NCBI GenBank assembly: GCA_045541175.1
Contig: JAZQIP010000022.1
Coordinates: 14,129 to 78,128, forward strand
DNA length: 64,000 bases
DNA from: Acutalibacteraceae bacterium
GTDB taxonomy: Bacteria; Bacillota; Clostridia; Oscillospirales; Acutalibacteraceae
Direction of reading: 5' to 3'
Below the pieces are notes generated by a model. It saw nothing but the letters and a program-made list of their open reading frames with translations. It was not told where the DNA came from and made no database searches. Numbering within the stretch: the stretch's first letter is position 1; each line of letters starts with the position of its first letter. Shown in pieces: positions 15,431 through 23,402 of the stretch. The position numbers were made by a program, and so were the translations under genes.

Positions 15431-15784
15431 ATGGCGAATGAACAGAATTTAATACCGCAAGCACACACTTTAACTGTCGAGGAACAGTCGAAAGGTGGTA
15501 AAGAATCTGCTAAAACAAGAAGGTTACAGGGTGCATTGATTCGTGCTTTGGAAAGTAAAGCAAATTCAACCGAGTTTGCAGAGGTTTTTGAGGATTTTGG
15601 AATTGATGAAGAGGATAGAGATTATGCCGTTGCTATAGCCTGTGCCTTAGTGCGAAAGGCGGCAAAAGGCGATTTGAGTGCTGCGAGCTTTGTTCGAGAT
15701 TCTATAGGTGAAAAGCCTAAAGAAGAAATAAATATGTCGGGTGGTCCAATATTCATTTCAGGAGAAGAAAAAATAAGTGAGTAA
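15431..15784 (+). CDS. terS: Terminase small subunit
   Basis: MANEQNLIPQAHTLTVEEQSKGGKESAKTRR...VRKAAKGDLSAASFVRDSIGEKP is the pattern seen in Firmicutes phage TerS proteins. It overlaps the TerL start. Confidence 0.65.
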   Translation: MANEQNLIPQAHTLTVEEQSKGGKESAKTRRLQGALIRALESKANSTEFAEVFEDFGIDEEDRDYAVAIACALVRKAAKGDLSAASFVRDSIGEKPKEEINMSGGPIFISGEEKISE

Positions 15785-17102
15785 TATATATCTTCCCGAT
15801 ATTATCGGCGGGGGTTATGGCAAGTTCTGGAAGGACAAGAGCCGTTATAGGGTTTTAAAGGGCGGCAAGGGTAGTAAAAAGAGTACAACAACAGCCTTGA
15901 ATTACATTTACCGTCTAATGAAATATCCTCAGAGTAATTTACTTGTAGTGAGAGCGGTTATGAATACCCACCGTGATAGTACTTTTGCACAGCTTAAATG
16001 GGCTCAGGAAAAGCTAGGTGTATCTCACTTATGGCACAATACGGTATCGCCTATGGAAATGACATACTTGCCTACCGGACAAAAGATATTGTTCAGAGGC
16101 TTTGATGATGTTTTAAAGCTCGCATCAACAACCGTCTCAAAAGGATATTTATGCTGGGTTTGGATAGAAGAGGCCTATGAAATTGAAAGCGAAGCAGATT
16201 TCGAAAAACTTGACTTTTCTGTTCCAAGAAGCAAATTACCGGAACCGCTGTTTAACCAAACAACATTGACATTCAATCCCTGGAGCGAAACACATTGGCT
16301 TAAAGCAAGATTTTTTGATAAGGAATCGTCTTTGGTTTCAACATATTCGACTAACTACCTCTGCAACGAGCATTTAACACCCGAATATCATACAGCTATG
16401 CTCGAGCTTAAAGAAAGAAATTACCGCCGATATGCTGTTACAGGTCTTGGTGAATGGGGTGTTGCAGAAGGTCTTGTATTTGAAAATTGGGAAGTTCTTG
16501 ATTTTGAGGTTGATAAACTAGGCGCTGAGGATGAAACCAAATGGCAGTTTAAGCATTTCTTCGGGCTTGATTATGGTTACACGAATGACCCTACAGCTTT
16601 TATAGCCTTTGCGGCGAATCCTATTACAAAAGAGCTTTACATATACGACGAACATTATGAGCACAAAATGCTTAATTCTGATATTGCCGCTATGATAAAG
16701 CGCAAAGGTTTTGCCAAGGAGCGAATCCGCGCCGATGCTGCAGAACCGAAATCTAATGATGATTTAAGGCGGTTGGGTATCGGTAGGATAATAGCCTCGG
16801 TAAAAGGCAGGGATAGCATAATTAACGGTATTTCTAAGCTTCAGGAATATAAGATTTATGTTCTGCCGCGGTGTGAAAATGTTATATCAGAGCTTTCAAG
16901 TTACTGTTGGAAAAAGGATAAGCAGACTGATAAGCCTTTGAATGAACCTGAGGACAATAATAATCATTTATGCGATGCTTTGAGATATGCCTTTGAGGAT
17001 GTAAAGTTCTTTCATCCTGAGGACCCGAAGATTAGAAAGAGGATACCTGAAACGGCACGATACAGCATCACACAAGAAGATTTTAAGGAAGGATGGGAAT
17101 GA
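15777..17102 (+). CDS. terL: Terminase large subunit (PBSX-like family)
   Basis: Walker A VLKGGKGSKKST, Walker B-like LCWVWIEEAYE, and a C-terminal RNase-H-like nuclease with FGLDYGYTNDPTAF...ADAAEP.... Confidence 0.9.
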   Translation: MSNIYLPDIIGGGYGKFWKDKSRYRVLKGGKGSKKSTTTALNYIYRLMKYPQSNLLVVRAVMNTHRDSTFAQLKWAQEKLGVSHLWHNTVSPMEMTYLPTGQKILFRGFDDVLKLASTTVSKGYLCWVWIEEAYEIESEADFEKLDFSVPRSKLPEPLFNQTTLTFNPWSETHWLKARFFDKESSLVSTYSTNYLCNEHLTPEYHTAMLELKERNYRRYAVTGLGEWGVAEGLVFENWEVLDFEVDKLGAEDETKWQFKHFFGLDYGYTNDPTAFIAFAANPITKELYIYDEHYEHKMLNSDIAAMIKRKGFAKERIRADAAEPKSNDDLRRLGIGRIIASVKGRDSIINGISKLQEYKIYVLPRCENVISELSSYCWKKDKQTDKPLNEPEDNNNHLCDALRYAFEDVKFFHPEDPKIRKRIPETARYSITQEDFKEGWE

Positions 17103-17305
17103 GTATGGAATCTTTGTTAATTATTTTGGTTTTGATATGCTGTCTGTTTTCATTTTTAAGCGGTTTTATATTCGCAATGATAAAAGGTGCTCCTATAGAA
17201 CGAAAAGAGCGTCCTGAGCTGACAGAGACGGAAAAGCGAAAGCTTGAAAAGGAAAAGAAAGAATATGAAAACTTTCTAACATATGACGGAAGTGAGCAAG
17301 GTTAG
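17099..17305 (+). CDS. Small membrane protein
   Basis: ATGA overlap with the terL stop. TM helix LLIILVLICCLFSFLSGFIFAMI followed by a charged tail. Confidence 0.5.
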   Translation: MSMESLLIILVLICCLFSFLSGFIFAMIKGAPIERKERPELTETEKRKLEKEKKEYENFLTYDGSEQG

Positions 17306-17368
17306 TTACGCTGTGAATAGCGTTAATTATAAATAATCTCCCCGACCATAGGGAGAAAGGAGAAAACA

Positions 17369-18169
17369 ATGGAAGATACACAAACAATGGAAACTTTGCA
17401 GGAAGAGACCATACCGAATGCAGAGGGGACGAGTGAGACAGCAGAGGCAAAGGAAAATGCAACCTCATCACAGGGAGCGGATTCACAGGCGGAGCAGTCA
17501 GAAACAGTTGCGGATAATACCGAAGGTGTTCAAAACGAGGCGGACAATGATTTTTTACCCGTTAAGTTTTTACACGAAGAAAGGACTTTAAACCGTGAAG
17601 ATGCAATAAGATATGCGCAGATGGGTATGAATTATGAAAGATTCGAGCCTATGATTGCAAAACTTGATTATCTTGCGGCGGTTCAGGGTGTTACGCGCGA
17701 TGAGTACATTGAAGGGCAATTGAAGAACCAAGAAGATGCGATGCGAAAGAGCATTATTGAAAAGTTCGGTGATGATGAGAAAACCATTAATGAGATGATG
17801 GAATTCAAAAAGCAGAAGCATCAAAAGGCTTATGATGATATGATTGCCAAAGCTAAGGCGGATGAAAAAACCGCCGAAGAAAATACCGAAGCAAGGCTTG
17901 CTACAGAGTTTGCAGGACTTGTATCGGAGTTTCCCGAACTTGAGGGGAAAAGCTTTAAGGATTTGCCAAAGGAAGTAAAACAAGCCGGCTTTAAAGGTGA
18001 AAATCTTTTGAATGCTTATTTACTCCATCAGCACAGGGAAGCAAAAAACATAGCGGCAGCTCAAAAACAATCTGAGACTGCGGCTAAAAAGTCAACAGGT
18101 TCGATGGGTACCGATAATGGAGCACAGGCGGCTCCTGACGCGTTCCTTGAGGGCTTGTTTGGAAGATAA
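17369..18169 (+). CDS. Scaffolding protein (candidate)
   Basis: Acidic, helical 266-aa protein directly upstream of the capsid gene. RBS AAAGGAG. Confidence 0.6.
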   Translation: MEDTQTMETLQEETIPNAEGTSETAEAKENATSSQGADSQAEQSETVADNTEGVQNEADNDFLPVKFLHEERTLNREDAIRYAQMGMNYERFEPMIAKLDYLAAVQGVTRDEYIEGQLKNQEDAMRKSIIEKFGDDEKTINEMMEFKKQKHQKAYDDMIAKAKADEKTAEENTEARLATEFAGLVSEFPELEGKSFKDLPKEVKQAGFKGENLLNAYLLHQHREAKNIAAAQKQSETAAKKSTGSMGTDNGAQAAPDAFLEGLFGR

Positions 18170-18192
18170 TAAATTAAAAAGGAGAAATTGTT

Positions 18193-19092
18193 ATGTCACT
18201 TAACACACTTGAAAATGCTCAAAAATATACGAGCGCACTTGATAAGGTAATCGTTCAGAAGGCGGTTACAGGCTTTATGGTCGATAACGGACTTAAGGCA
18301 CAGTTTATGGGAGCGGATACTGTTAAAATTCCCTCTATGGATTTTGTTGGTCTTGCAGATTATGATCGTGATGAAGGCTTCAACAAGGGCGGAATCACGG
18401 TTTCTCGCGATTCATACATCTTAACACAGGACAGAGGCAGACAGCTTCAGATAGATGCTGTTGATATGGATGAGACCGGTGTTGCCAACCTTTCGGGTTC
18501 GGTTCTCGGAGAGTTTGTTCGTACAAAGGTTGTTCCGGAAATGGATGCTTATGTACTTTCTAAGCTCTACGGAGTTGCCAGCACTCAGAATCATATCAAA
18601 ACATACAATGAGGCTACTGTTATCGCAGACCTTCTTAAGGTGTTCAACTCAGTTCAGGATGCGGCAGGTTATAACGATACCGAGCTTGTAGCCTTTGTTG
18701 ACCCTGAGCTTTACGGTCTTTTACAGACTACCAATGAAATTACCCGTCAGATAGTTGTTTCTGATTTTAAGCAGGGTGACCTTAATTTCAAAGTTAAAAC
18801 TCTTAACGGTGTTTCGCTTATTCCTGTATCATCTGCACGTATGAAATCTGCATACGAGTATCCTGAGGATTCAAATGGCGGCTTTACACCGGCGGCAGAT
18901 GCTAAGGATGTTCGCGCAATCATTCTTCCTAAGAGTGCTTGTCATGTAGTTAAGAAGCACGAAACCCTTCGCATCTTTGAGCCTTCGCAGAACAAGGATG
19001 CAGATGCTTATGTATTTAATTATCGTCTGCACTATGATGCTTTTGTTAAGAAGAGCGAGATTAATACTATTTATGCTATTGCTACAGCGTAA
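18193..19092 (+). CDS. Major capsid protein (candidate)
   Basis: 299 aa with strong RBS AAAGGAG. Sits after the scaffold and before a terminator. The composition is typical of a highly expressed structural protein. The family was not identified by eye. Confidence 0.7.
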   Translation: MSLNTLENAQKYTSALDKVIVQKAVTGFMVDNGLKAQFMGADTVKIPSMDFVGLADYDRDEGFNKGGITVSRDSYILTQDRGRQLQIDAVDMDETGVANLSGSVLGEFVRTKVVPEMDAYVLSKLYGVASTQNHIKTYNEATVIADLLKVFNSVQDAAGYNDTELVAFVDPELYGLLQTTNEITRQIVVSDFKQGDLNFKVKTLNGVSLIPVSSARMKSAYEYPEDSNGGFTPAADAKDVRAIILPKSACHVVKKHETLRIFEPSQNKDADAYVFNYRLHYDAFVKKSEINTIYAIATA

Positions 19093-19113
19093 ATACGGAA
19101 GGGCGGTTACATT

Positions 19114-19354
19114 ATGAAATACATACTGAAAAGCAGGTATGGTAATGTTATTAAGAAAACCGACAGTGAGCGCAAGCGTGACCGATTGCTAGGTTTGGGT
19201 TATAAATTAGTTGAGGAAGACATAAACCTTGACAAGATGACTGTAGACCAATTAGAAGCCTTTGCAAAAAGAAAAGGAAATATCCTTAGAAGGTTGCGGC
19301 AACAAGGCTGAAAAACTTGCAAAAATCAAGGAAACCATTGGCGAAGCAGAATAA
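19114..19354 (+). pseudogene. Small Rho_N/SAP-like protein whose frame is broken at an A5 run (19266-19270)
   Basis: Frame 0 gives ...LDKMTVDQLEAFAKRKGNILRRLRQQG-stop at 19311. The +1 frame continues KEKEISLEGCGNKAEKLAKIKETIGEAE-stop at 19354, right before the terminator. This completes the helix-extended-helix motif L..MTV.QL.AFAKEK.I.L.G...KAE.LAKI. Confidence 0.5.
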
Positions 19355-19364
19355 TTAAATCAGG

Positions 19365-19399
19365 ACAGCAGTCTTTAAAATAAAAGGCTGCTGTTTTTT
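19365..19399 (+). terminator. Intrinsic terminator
   Basis: ACAGCAGTCTTT (19365-19376) pairs with AAAGGCTGCTGT (19383-19394) with one G-U pair, followed by TTTTT. Confidence 0.8.
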
Positions 19400-19404
19400 A
19401 AAAG

Positions 19405-19438
19405 TTGTTCGTTTTATTAAAGTAGAGCGTATTAAAAT
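19405..19438 (+). promoter_or_regulatory. Late promoter copy 2: TTGTTCGTTTT, 17 nt, TAAAAT
   Basis: TTGTTCGTTTT at 19405-19415 and TAAAAT at 19433-19438. The upstream AAAAG flank is identical to copy 1. Confidence 0.55.
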
Positions 19439-19465
19439 CTAATTGAAATAAAGGAGGATGGTAAT

Positions 19466-20731
19466 ATGGCGGTAAGGACTTTTGAATATACAGTTACAGA
19501 AAATTCAATAAATCCTTCAAGCATTGTTCAAGGCGGAATACAGGGAGAGCATAACGCTACAGAGCTGAAATTCAATATAAGCAGTTCACTTAAAACTATA
19601 TTGGTCGGGATGAAGAAAACAGGAAGAACCTTTTATTATAGATTTGATTGTTTTAACGGCGCAGGAATGATGAAGTCGACGGTACCTAAAAGCTTTGACC
19701 CAAGTTCCATAACTGCTTTTTCGCATCTTATTGAAGAGTGGCAGACAAGGTATGGCGGTACTATTCAGGTATATTTGGTTATAACCCTGACAGAATCAGG
19801 AGGTACAAATACTGAACTCTATTCTTATGGTGTTAAGATGTTGCTAAGGTCTTTACCTGGGAGCGGCGGTGTTCAAAAAGATAACTACGAAAGCATCACG
19901 ACTCTTTATGAGGCAACAAGGAACGAGGCGCAAGAAGCTATCAATGCGGCGGAAGACGCTAGTATGGCGGCTAAAGAAGCTTTAATAGCTCATGAAAAAA
20001 CAGAACAAGCGAGAGCGGCTCTATTAGAATCAAACGCAGAATGGATATTCGATGGCGGTGATGCATCGGGAACGATAGATATTGAATTGGTAGTAGACAA
20101 TGCAATGTCGGATTCGAGTGAGAATCCCGTTCAGAATAAAGTTGTGAAGCGATATATAGACGCTCAGCGCCCCATAGGAAGTGTTTATATTGCGAGCGAT
20201 AAAAATACCAACCCTGCTAATCTGTTCGGCGGTACTTGGGAACTGTTTGACAAGGAATTTCATAGAGGCCGTATCTATATTTCAACTGTAGAAGATATGG
20301 CGCAATATATAACACCTTCAAAAGCAAATGTATCTTCTCTTTGCATTGATTATTTCGGACATAGCATAACTATTTCAGCGATTTCAAAATTTAACAGTGT
20401 ACTTGTTGCTGATGACCCCGCTGAGTTATTTACATTTAATGAAGCGATGATAGGAATATCACTAACACAAAAAACTGACGGTACATACGAAAACGTTATT
20501 TATCCTAGATACACCGCCGCAATAGGCGATATGGGAAATAGCCTTAGTTTTGTGAGAGTAGCTGTTCCCGATAGTTCGTCCGGTAAAATTGTTGCAGAGT
20601 ATCAGGATAAAATTCCTCAAGTTGCGCCTGCTGTTGGTGATAATGTTGATTTTACTGTTACTTTAGATATTTTACCGAAAAATATGCTTGATGATTTCTG
20701 TGATAAATTCTATTGGAAACGAACAGCGTAA
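19466..20731 (+). CDS. Tail fibre / receptor-binding-type structural protein
   Basis: DSSENPVQNKVVKRYIDAQRPIGSVYIASDKNTNPANLFGGTWELFDKEF resembles the collar/fibre segments of phage tail fibres. First gene of late cassette 2. Confidence 0.6.
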   Translation: MAVRTFEYTVTENSINPSSIVQGGIQGEHNATELKFNISSSLKTILVGMKKTGRTFYYRFDCFNGAGMMKSTVPKSFDPSSITAFSHLIEEWQTRYGGTIQVYLVITLTESGGTNTELYSYGVKMLLRSLPGSGGVQKDNYESITTLYEATRNEAQEAINAAEDASMAAKEALIAHEKTEQARAALLESNAEWIFDGGDASGTIDIELVVDNAMSDSSENPVQNKVVKRYIDAQRPIGSVYIASDKNTNPANLFGGTWELFDKEFHRGRIYISTVEDMAQYITPSKANVSSLCIDYFGHSITISAISKFNSVLVADDPAELFTFNEAMIGISLTQKTDGTYENVIYPRYTAAIGDMGNSLSFVRVAVPDSSSGKIVAEYQDKIPQVAPAVGDNVDFTVTLDILPKNMLDDFCDKFYWKRTA

Positions 20732-20743
20732 GGAGGGACTATA

Positions 20744-21133
20744 ATGAGCGAAAGTGTAATAATCAAAGGCAAAGCCAGATTCAAGCCGCGAAGTGATACA
20801 GCGGCTAATTGGAAAACTAAAAACCCTGTTTTGCTTGCAGGAGAGCCTGGGGTCGTTATTGACGGTACCGAAACCGAAAAAATAAAGTTTGGTGACGGTG
20901 TTACACCTTGGAATGACCTTGGTTGGTGGAAAGGACCAAAAGGTGTAAAAGGCGATATAGGTCCTCAAGGTATCCAAGGCGAGAAAGGTGATAAGGGCGA
21001 TACAGGTGAACCGGGTAAAGATGCAGTAACAGACCAAACCTACAACCCGACAAGCGAAAATGCTCAAAGCGGTAAAGCGGTTGCAGAGGCGGTTACAATT
21101 GCTATAGGCAACGCATTAGAGGAGGAGTATTAA
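20744..21133 (+). CDS. Fibre protein with a HylP/Mtd-type N-terminal motif and a collagen-like triple-helix segment
   Basis: RSDTAANWKTKNPVLLAGEPGVVIDGTETEKIKFGDGVTPWNDLGW, then 9 G-X-Y triplets GPKGVKGDIGPQGIQGEKGDKGDTGEPG (nt 20933-21022). Confidence 0.7.
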   Translation: MSESVIIKGKARFKPRSDTAANWKTKNPVLLAGEPGVVIDGTETEKIKFGDGVTPWNDLGWWKGPKGVKGDIGPQGIQGEKGDKGDTGEPGKDAVTDQTYNPTSENAQSGKAVAEAVTIAIGNALEEEY

Positions 21134-22011
21134 TGTTAAAAGAATACTTATCCAATATTGCAAATGCCATACGCAGTCACCTAAATACTAATAAAAAAAT
21201 CAATGCCCAAGACTTTTCTGCTGCAATAGGTGAAGTTCACCAATATGGTTATGCTGCAGGCAAACTTGCTATCCTAAGTGAAAGCAAATATATGCATCCG
21301 ACAATTAGCGGTGAGATTGTGTCTATGAGTGATGTAAATGCTCTTAACCATAATTTATCAGTCAGTCTTACCAGCGACACTTTAAATGATTTTTCTAATA
21401 TTTCGGTCAGCCGACTTGGTAAAAATCTAGCTACAGCTCAGGAAATATATACGGGCAATACCTCTTATGATGTAGTAGAGTTTGAGGGTAGGTCTTGTGT
21501 AAGATTCGTAGATAACAAAGCAATACACTATGATAATATACCTTTTAAACCAAACACTCAATATACTGTTTCCTTTGAGGCTAGAATAATTAAAAGAGAA
21601 GAGAAAGAGGGCACTAGTGGCTTATTTTACTTTATATATAGTGACGGAACATATACAAGATTGGTAGGAGCTAGAAATACAGAGTTTGAGTATTTTACTT
21701 GTACCTCTAAGGCTGGGAAAACAGTAGTAAGTGTAGGCACAAATACTCATAATTATGTAAATTACAACTATATAGATATTAATAGCTTTCAGCTAGAAGA
21801 GGGTACAATAGCTACAGAATACGAGCCATATAATTCTATCACTGCGATTACCGATACAGACGGTACAGTTGAAGGACTTACGAGCTTATCGCCCAATATG
21901 ACTCTTATGACAGATAGTGAGGGTGTTGTTATTAATTGTCAGTATTATAGGGATATTGACCTATACATTGATAATCTAATGGTTGATGTTGCTACATCAG
22001 GAGGTGAGTAA
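21133..22011 (+). CDS. Fibre-associated / carbohydrate-binding-like structural protein (candidate)
   Basis: Start ATGA-coupled to the collagen-like gene. 292 aa with a beta-rich composition. No motif recognised. Confidence 0.5.
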   Translation: MLKEYLSNIANAIRSHLNTNKKINAQDFSAAIGEVHQYGYAAGKLAILSESKYMHPTISGEIVSMSDVNALNHNLSVSLTSDTLNDFSNISVSRLGKNLATAQEIYTGNTSYDVVEFEGRSCVRFVDNKAIHYDNIPFKPNTQYTVSFEARIIKREEKEGTSGLFYFIYSDGTYTRLVGARNTEFEYFTCTSKAGKTVVSVGTNTHNYVNYNYIDINSFQLEEGTIATEYEPYNSITAITDTDGTVEGLTSLSPNMTLMTDSEGVVINCQYYRDIDLYIDNLMVDVATSGGE

Positions 22012-22012
22012 T

Positions 22013-22195
22013 ATGGCTTTTAATTTAAGACAATTCATTAAGAACGGTTTAAAACTCGCAATTGGTAATAAGCCCGATTATGAGGTTATATTAAGCTCGG
22101 CAAGTTGGCTTGATAAAGGTGTTCTGACAGAAGATGACCTTGCAGAAATTCAGGCGGCTATTGATGAAAAGACCACATCTGCAGAGGAGGTGTAG
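22013..22195 (+). CDS. Small hypothetical protein (60 aa)
   Basis: The ATG at 22013 is preceded by AGGAGGTGAG. MAFNLRQFIKNGLKLAIGNKPDYEVILSSASWLDKGVLTEDDLAEIQAAIDEK.... Confidence 0.5.
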   Translation: MAFNLRQFIKNGLKLAIGNKPDYEVILSSASWLDKGVLTEDDLAEIQAAIDEKTTSAEEV

Positions 22196-22198
22196 CAG

Positions 22199-22507
22199 AT
22201 GGATTTAGTTGAAATAATAGTACTTACAGCAAGCATTATAACCTCAATTTCGGTTGTTTTGACTGCAATAGTAACCGCTTATAAGTTTATACGGAAGTGG
22301 GATAAATGGGTAAAACAGAAGGATAAGCATGATATAGAGCAATATGTGCAAATACTCAGGCTTGTTATAATGACACCCGAAATGCCATTGAGCGAAAGAA
22401 TAGCAGCCGGAGATACTTATGTAAATGAATTAAATAGAAACGGCGCTGTAAAACAAAAGTATAACGAGCTTTTGTTAAGATTTAAAAATGAACATTTGGA
22501 GGAATAA
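22199..22507 (+). CDS. Membrane-anchored protein of the lysis cassette (single N-terminal TM)
   Basis: MDLVEIIVLTASIITSISVVLTAIVTAYKFI followed by a soluble helical tail. Immediately upstream of the endolysin. Confidence 0.55.
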   Translation: MDLVEIIVLTASIITSISVVLTAIVTAYKFIRKWDKWVKQKDKHDIEQYVQILRLVIMTPEMPLSERIAAGDTYVNELNRNGAVKQKYNELLLRFKNEHLEE

Positions 22508-22509
22508 TT

Positions 22510-23076
22510 ATGAACAGTCCATATAACGGAAAATTCAGAGTATCACAGCAATTCAAAGGTTCTAGTCACGATGGGCTCGACCTTGTAGGAATAAGCAGTA
22601 AGGAAATCCATAGCACAGTAAACGGCAAGGTTGAGCGCGCAGGCTGGGAAAATCCTTTAAACCGTAAGCAGGGTTTTGGCAGATATGTCCGCATAAAGAA
22701 AAGCGGCAGTAGTGACCGCTATTATTTCGGGCATTTATCTGCTGTAAAAGTTAAAGTAGGACAAACTGTCAAGGTAGGCGATGTTATCGGTATTGAGGGC
22801 AGTACTGGAAGGTCTACAGGCTCGCATTGTCATTACTGCATCCGCGGTAACGCTTCCAAGTCAAAGATAAGGGACGTTTGTGAAATTAGCGGTATTCCCA
22901 ACAAAATCGGTACATATACCGACGAACCCAAGAAGACTACCAAAAAGTCCAACGAGGCAATTGCTAAAGAGGTAATAGCTGGTAAATGGGGTAACGGCTC
23001 TACAAGAAAAAAGAAGCTCACTGCCGCCGGTTACGATTATAAGGCGATTCAGAAGATTGTAAATAAGCTTGTATAA
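22510..23076 (+). CDS. Endolysin: M23 peptidase domain plus C-terminal CW_7 (Cpl-7-type) cell-wall-binding repeat
   Basis: M23 motifs HDGLDL...GHLS...GSTGRSTGSHCHY. The C-terminus AIAKEVIAGKWGNGSTRKKKLTAAGYDYKAIQKIVNKL matches the CW_7 repeat consensus. Confidence 0.85.
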   Translation: MNSPYNGKFRVSQQFKGSSHDGLDLVGISSKEIHSTVNGKVERAGWENPLNRKQGFGRYVRIKKSGSSDRYYFGHLSAVKVKVGQTVKVGDVIGIEGSTGRSTGSHCHYCIRGNASKSKIRDVCEISGIPNKIGTYTDEPKKTTKKSNEAIAKEVIAGKWGNGSTRKKKLTAAGYDYKAIQKIVNKLV

Positions 23077-23088
23077 GGAGGAGTTTTT

Positions 23089-23292
23089 ATGTCAAAAACA
23101 AAGTTTATAAAATGGATAAAGGCGGCAAGTGTCAGGGCAGTAAAGACTATGGCACAAACCGCAATAGCTTCTATCGGTTCGGCAGCTATAATTTCTTCGG
23201 TTGATTGGAAGGTGGTAGTTTCAGCCTCAGTTCTTGCGGGCGGTCTGTCATTACTTACCTCTGTTGCAGGTCTGCCTGAGGTTAAAGAATAA
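23089..23292 (+). CDS. Holin
   Basis: 67 aa. RAVKTMAQTAIASIGSAAIISSVDWKVVVSASVLAGGLSLLTSVAG gives two TM helices typical of small Firmicutes phage holins. Adjacent to the endolysin. Confidence 0.75.
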   Translation: MSKTKFIKWIKAASVRAVKTMAQTAIASIGSAAIISSVDWKVVVSASVLAGGLSLLTSVAGLPEVKE

Positions 23293-23304
23293 TCAATAAA
23301 AATG

Positions 23305-23333
23305 AGCGCTTATCGTAAAAGATAGGCGCTTTT
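23305..23333 (+). terminator. Intrinsic terminator
   Basis: AGCGCTTATC (23305-23314) pairs with GATAGGCGCT (23321-23330) with one G-U pair, followed by TTT. Confidence 0.7.
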
Positions 23334-23336
23334 AAT

Positions 23337-23370
23337 TTGTTCGTTTTGGTGAGGCTCAGCGGTCTACAAT
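23337..23370 (+). promoter_or_regulatory. Late promoter copy 3: TTGTTCGTTTT, 17 nt, TACAAT
   Basis: TTGTTCGTTTT at 23337-23347 and TACAAT at 23365-23370. Confidence 0.55.
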
Positions 23371-23402
23371 GTAAGCATAAACGATAAAAAGGAGCTTTGA
23401 TA

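Noticed and set aside
12544-18691. Internal alternative-frame ORFs 12544-12729 and 18455-18691
   Set aside because: They are embedded in the same strand of better-supported genes (the zinc-ribbon gene and the capsid gene) without independent translation signals.
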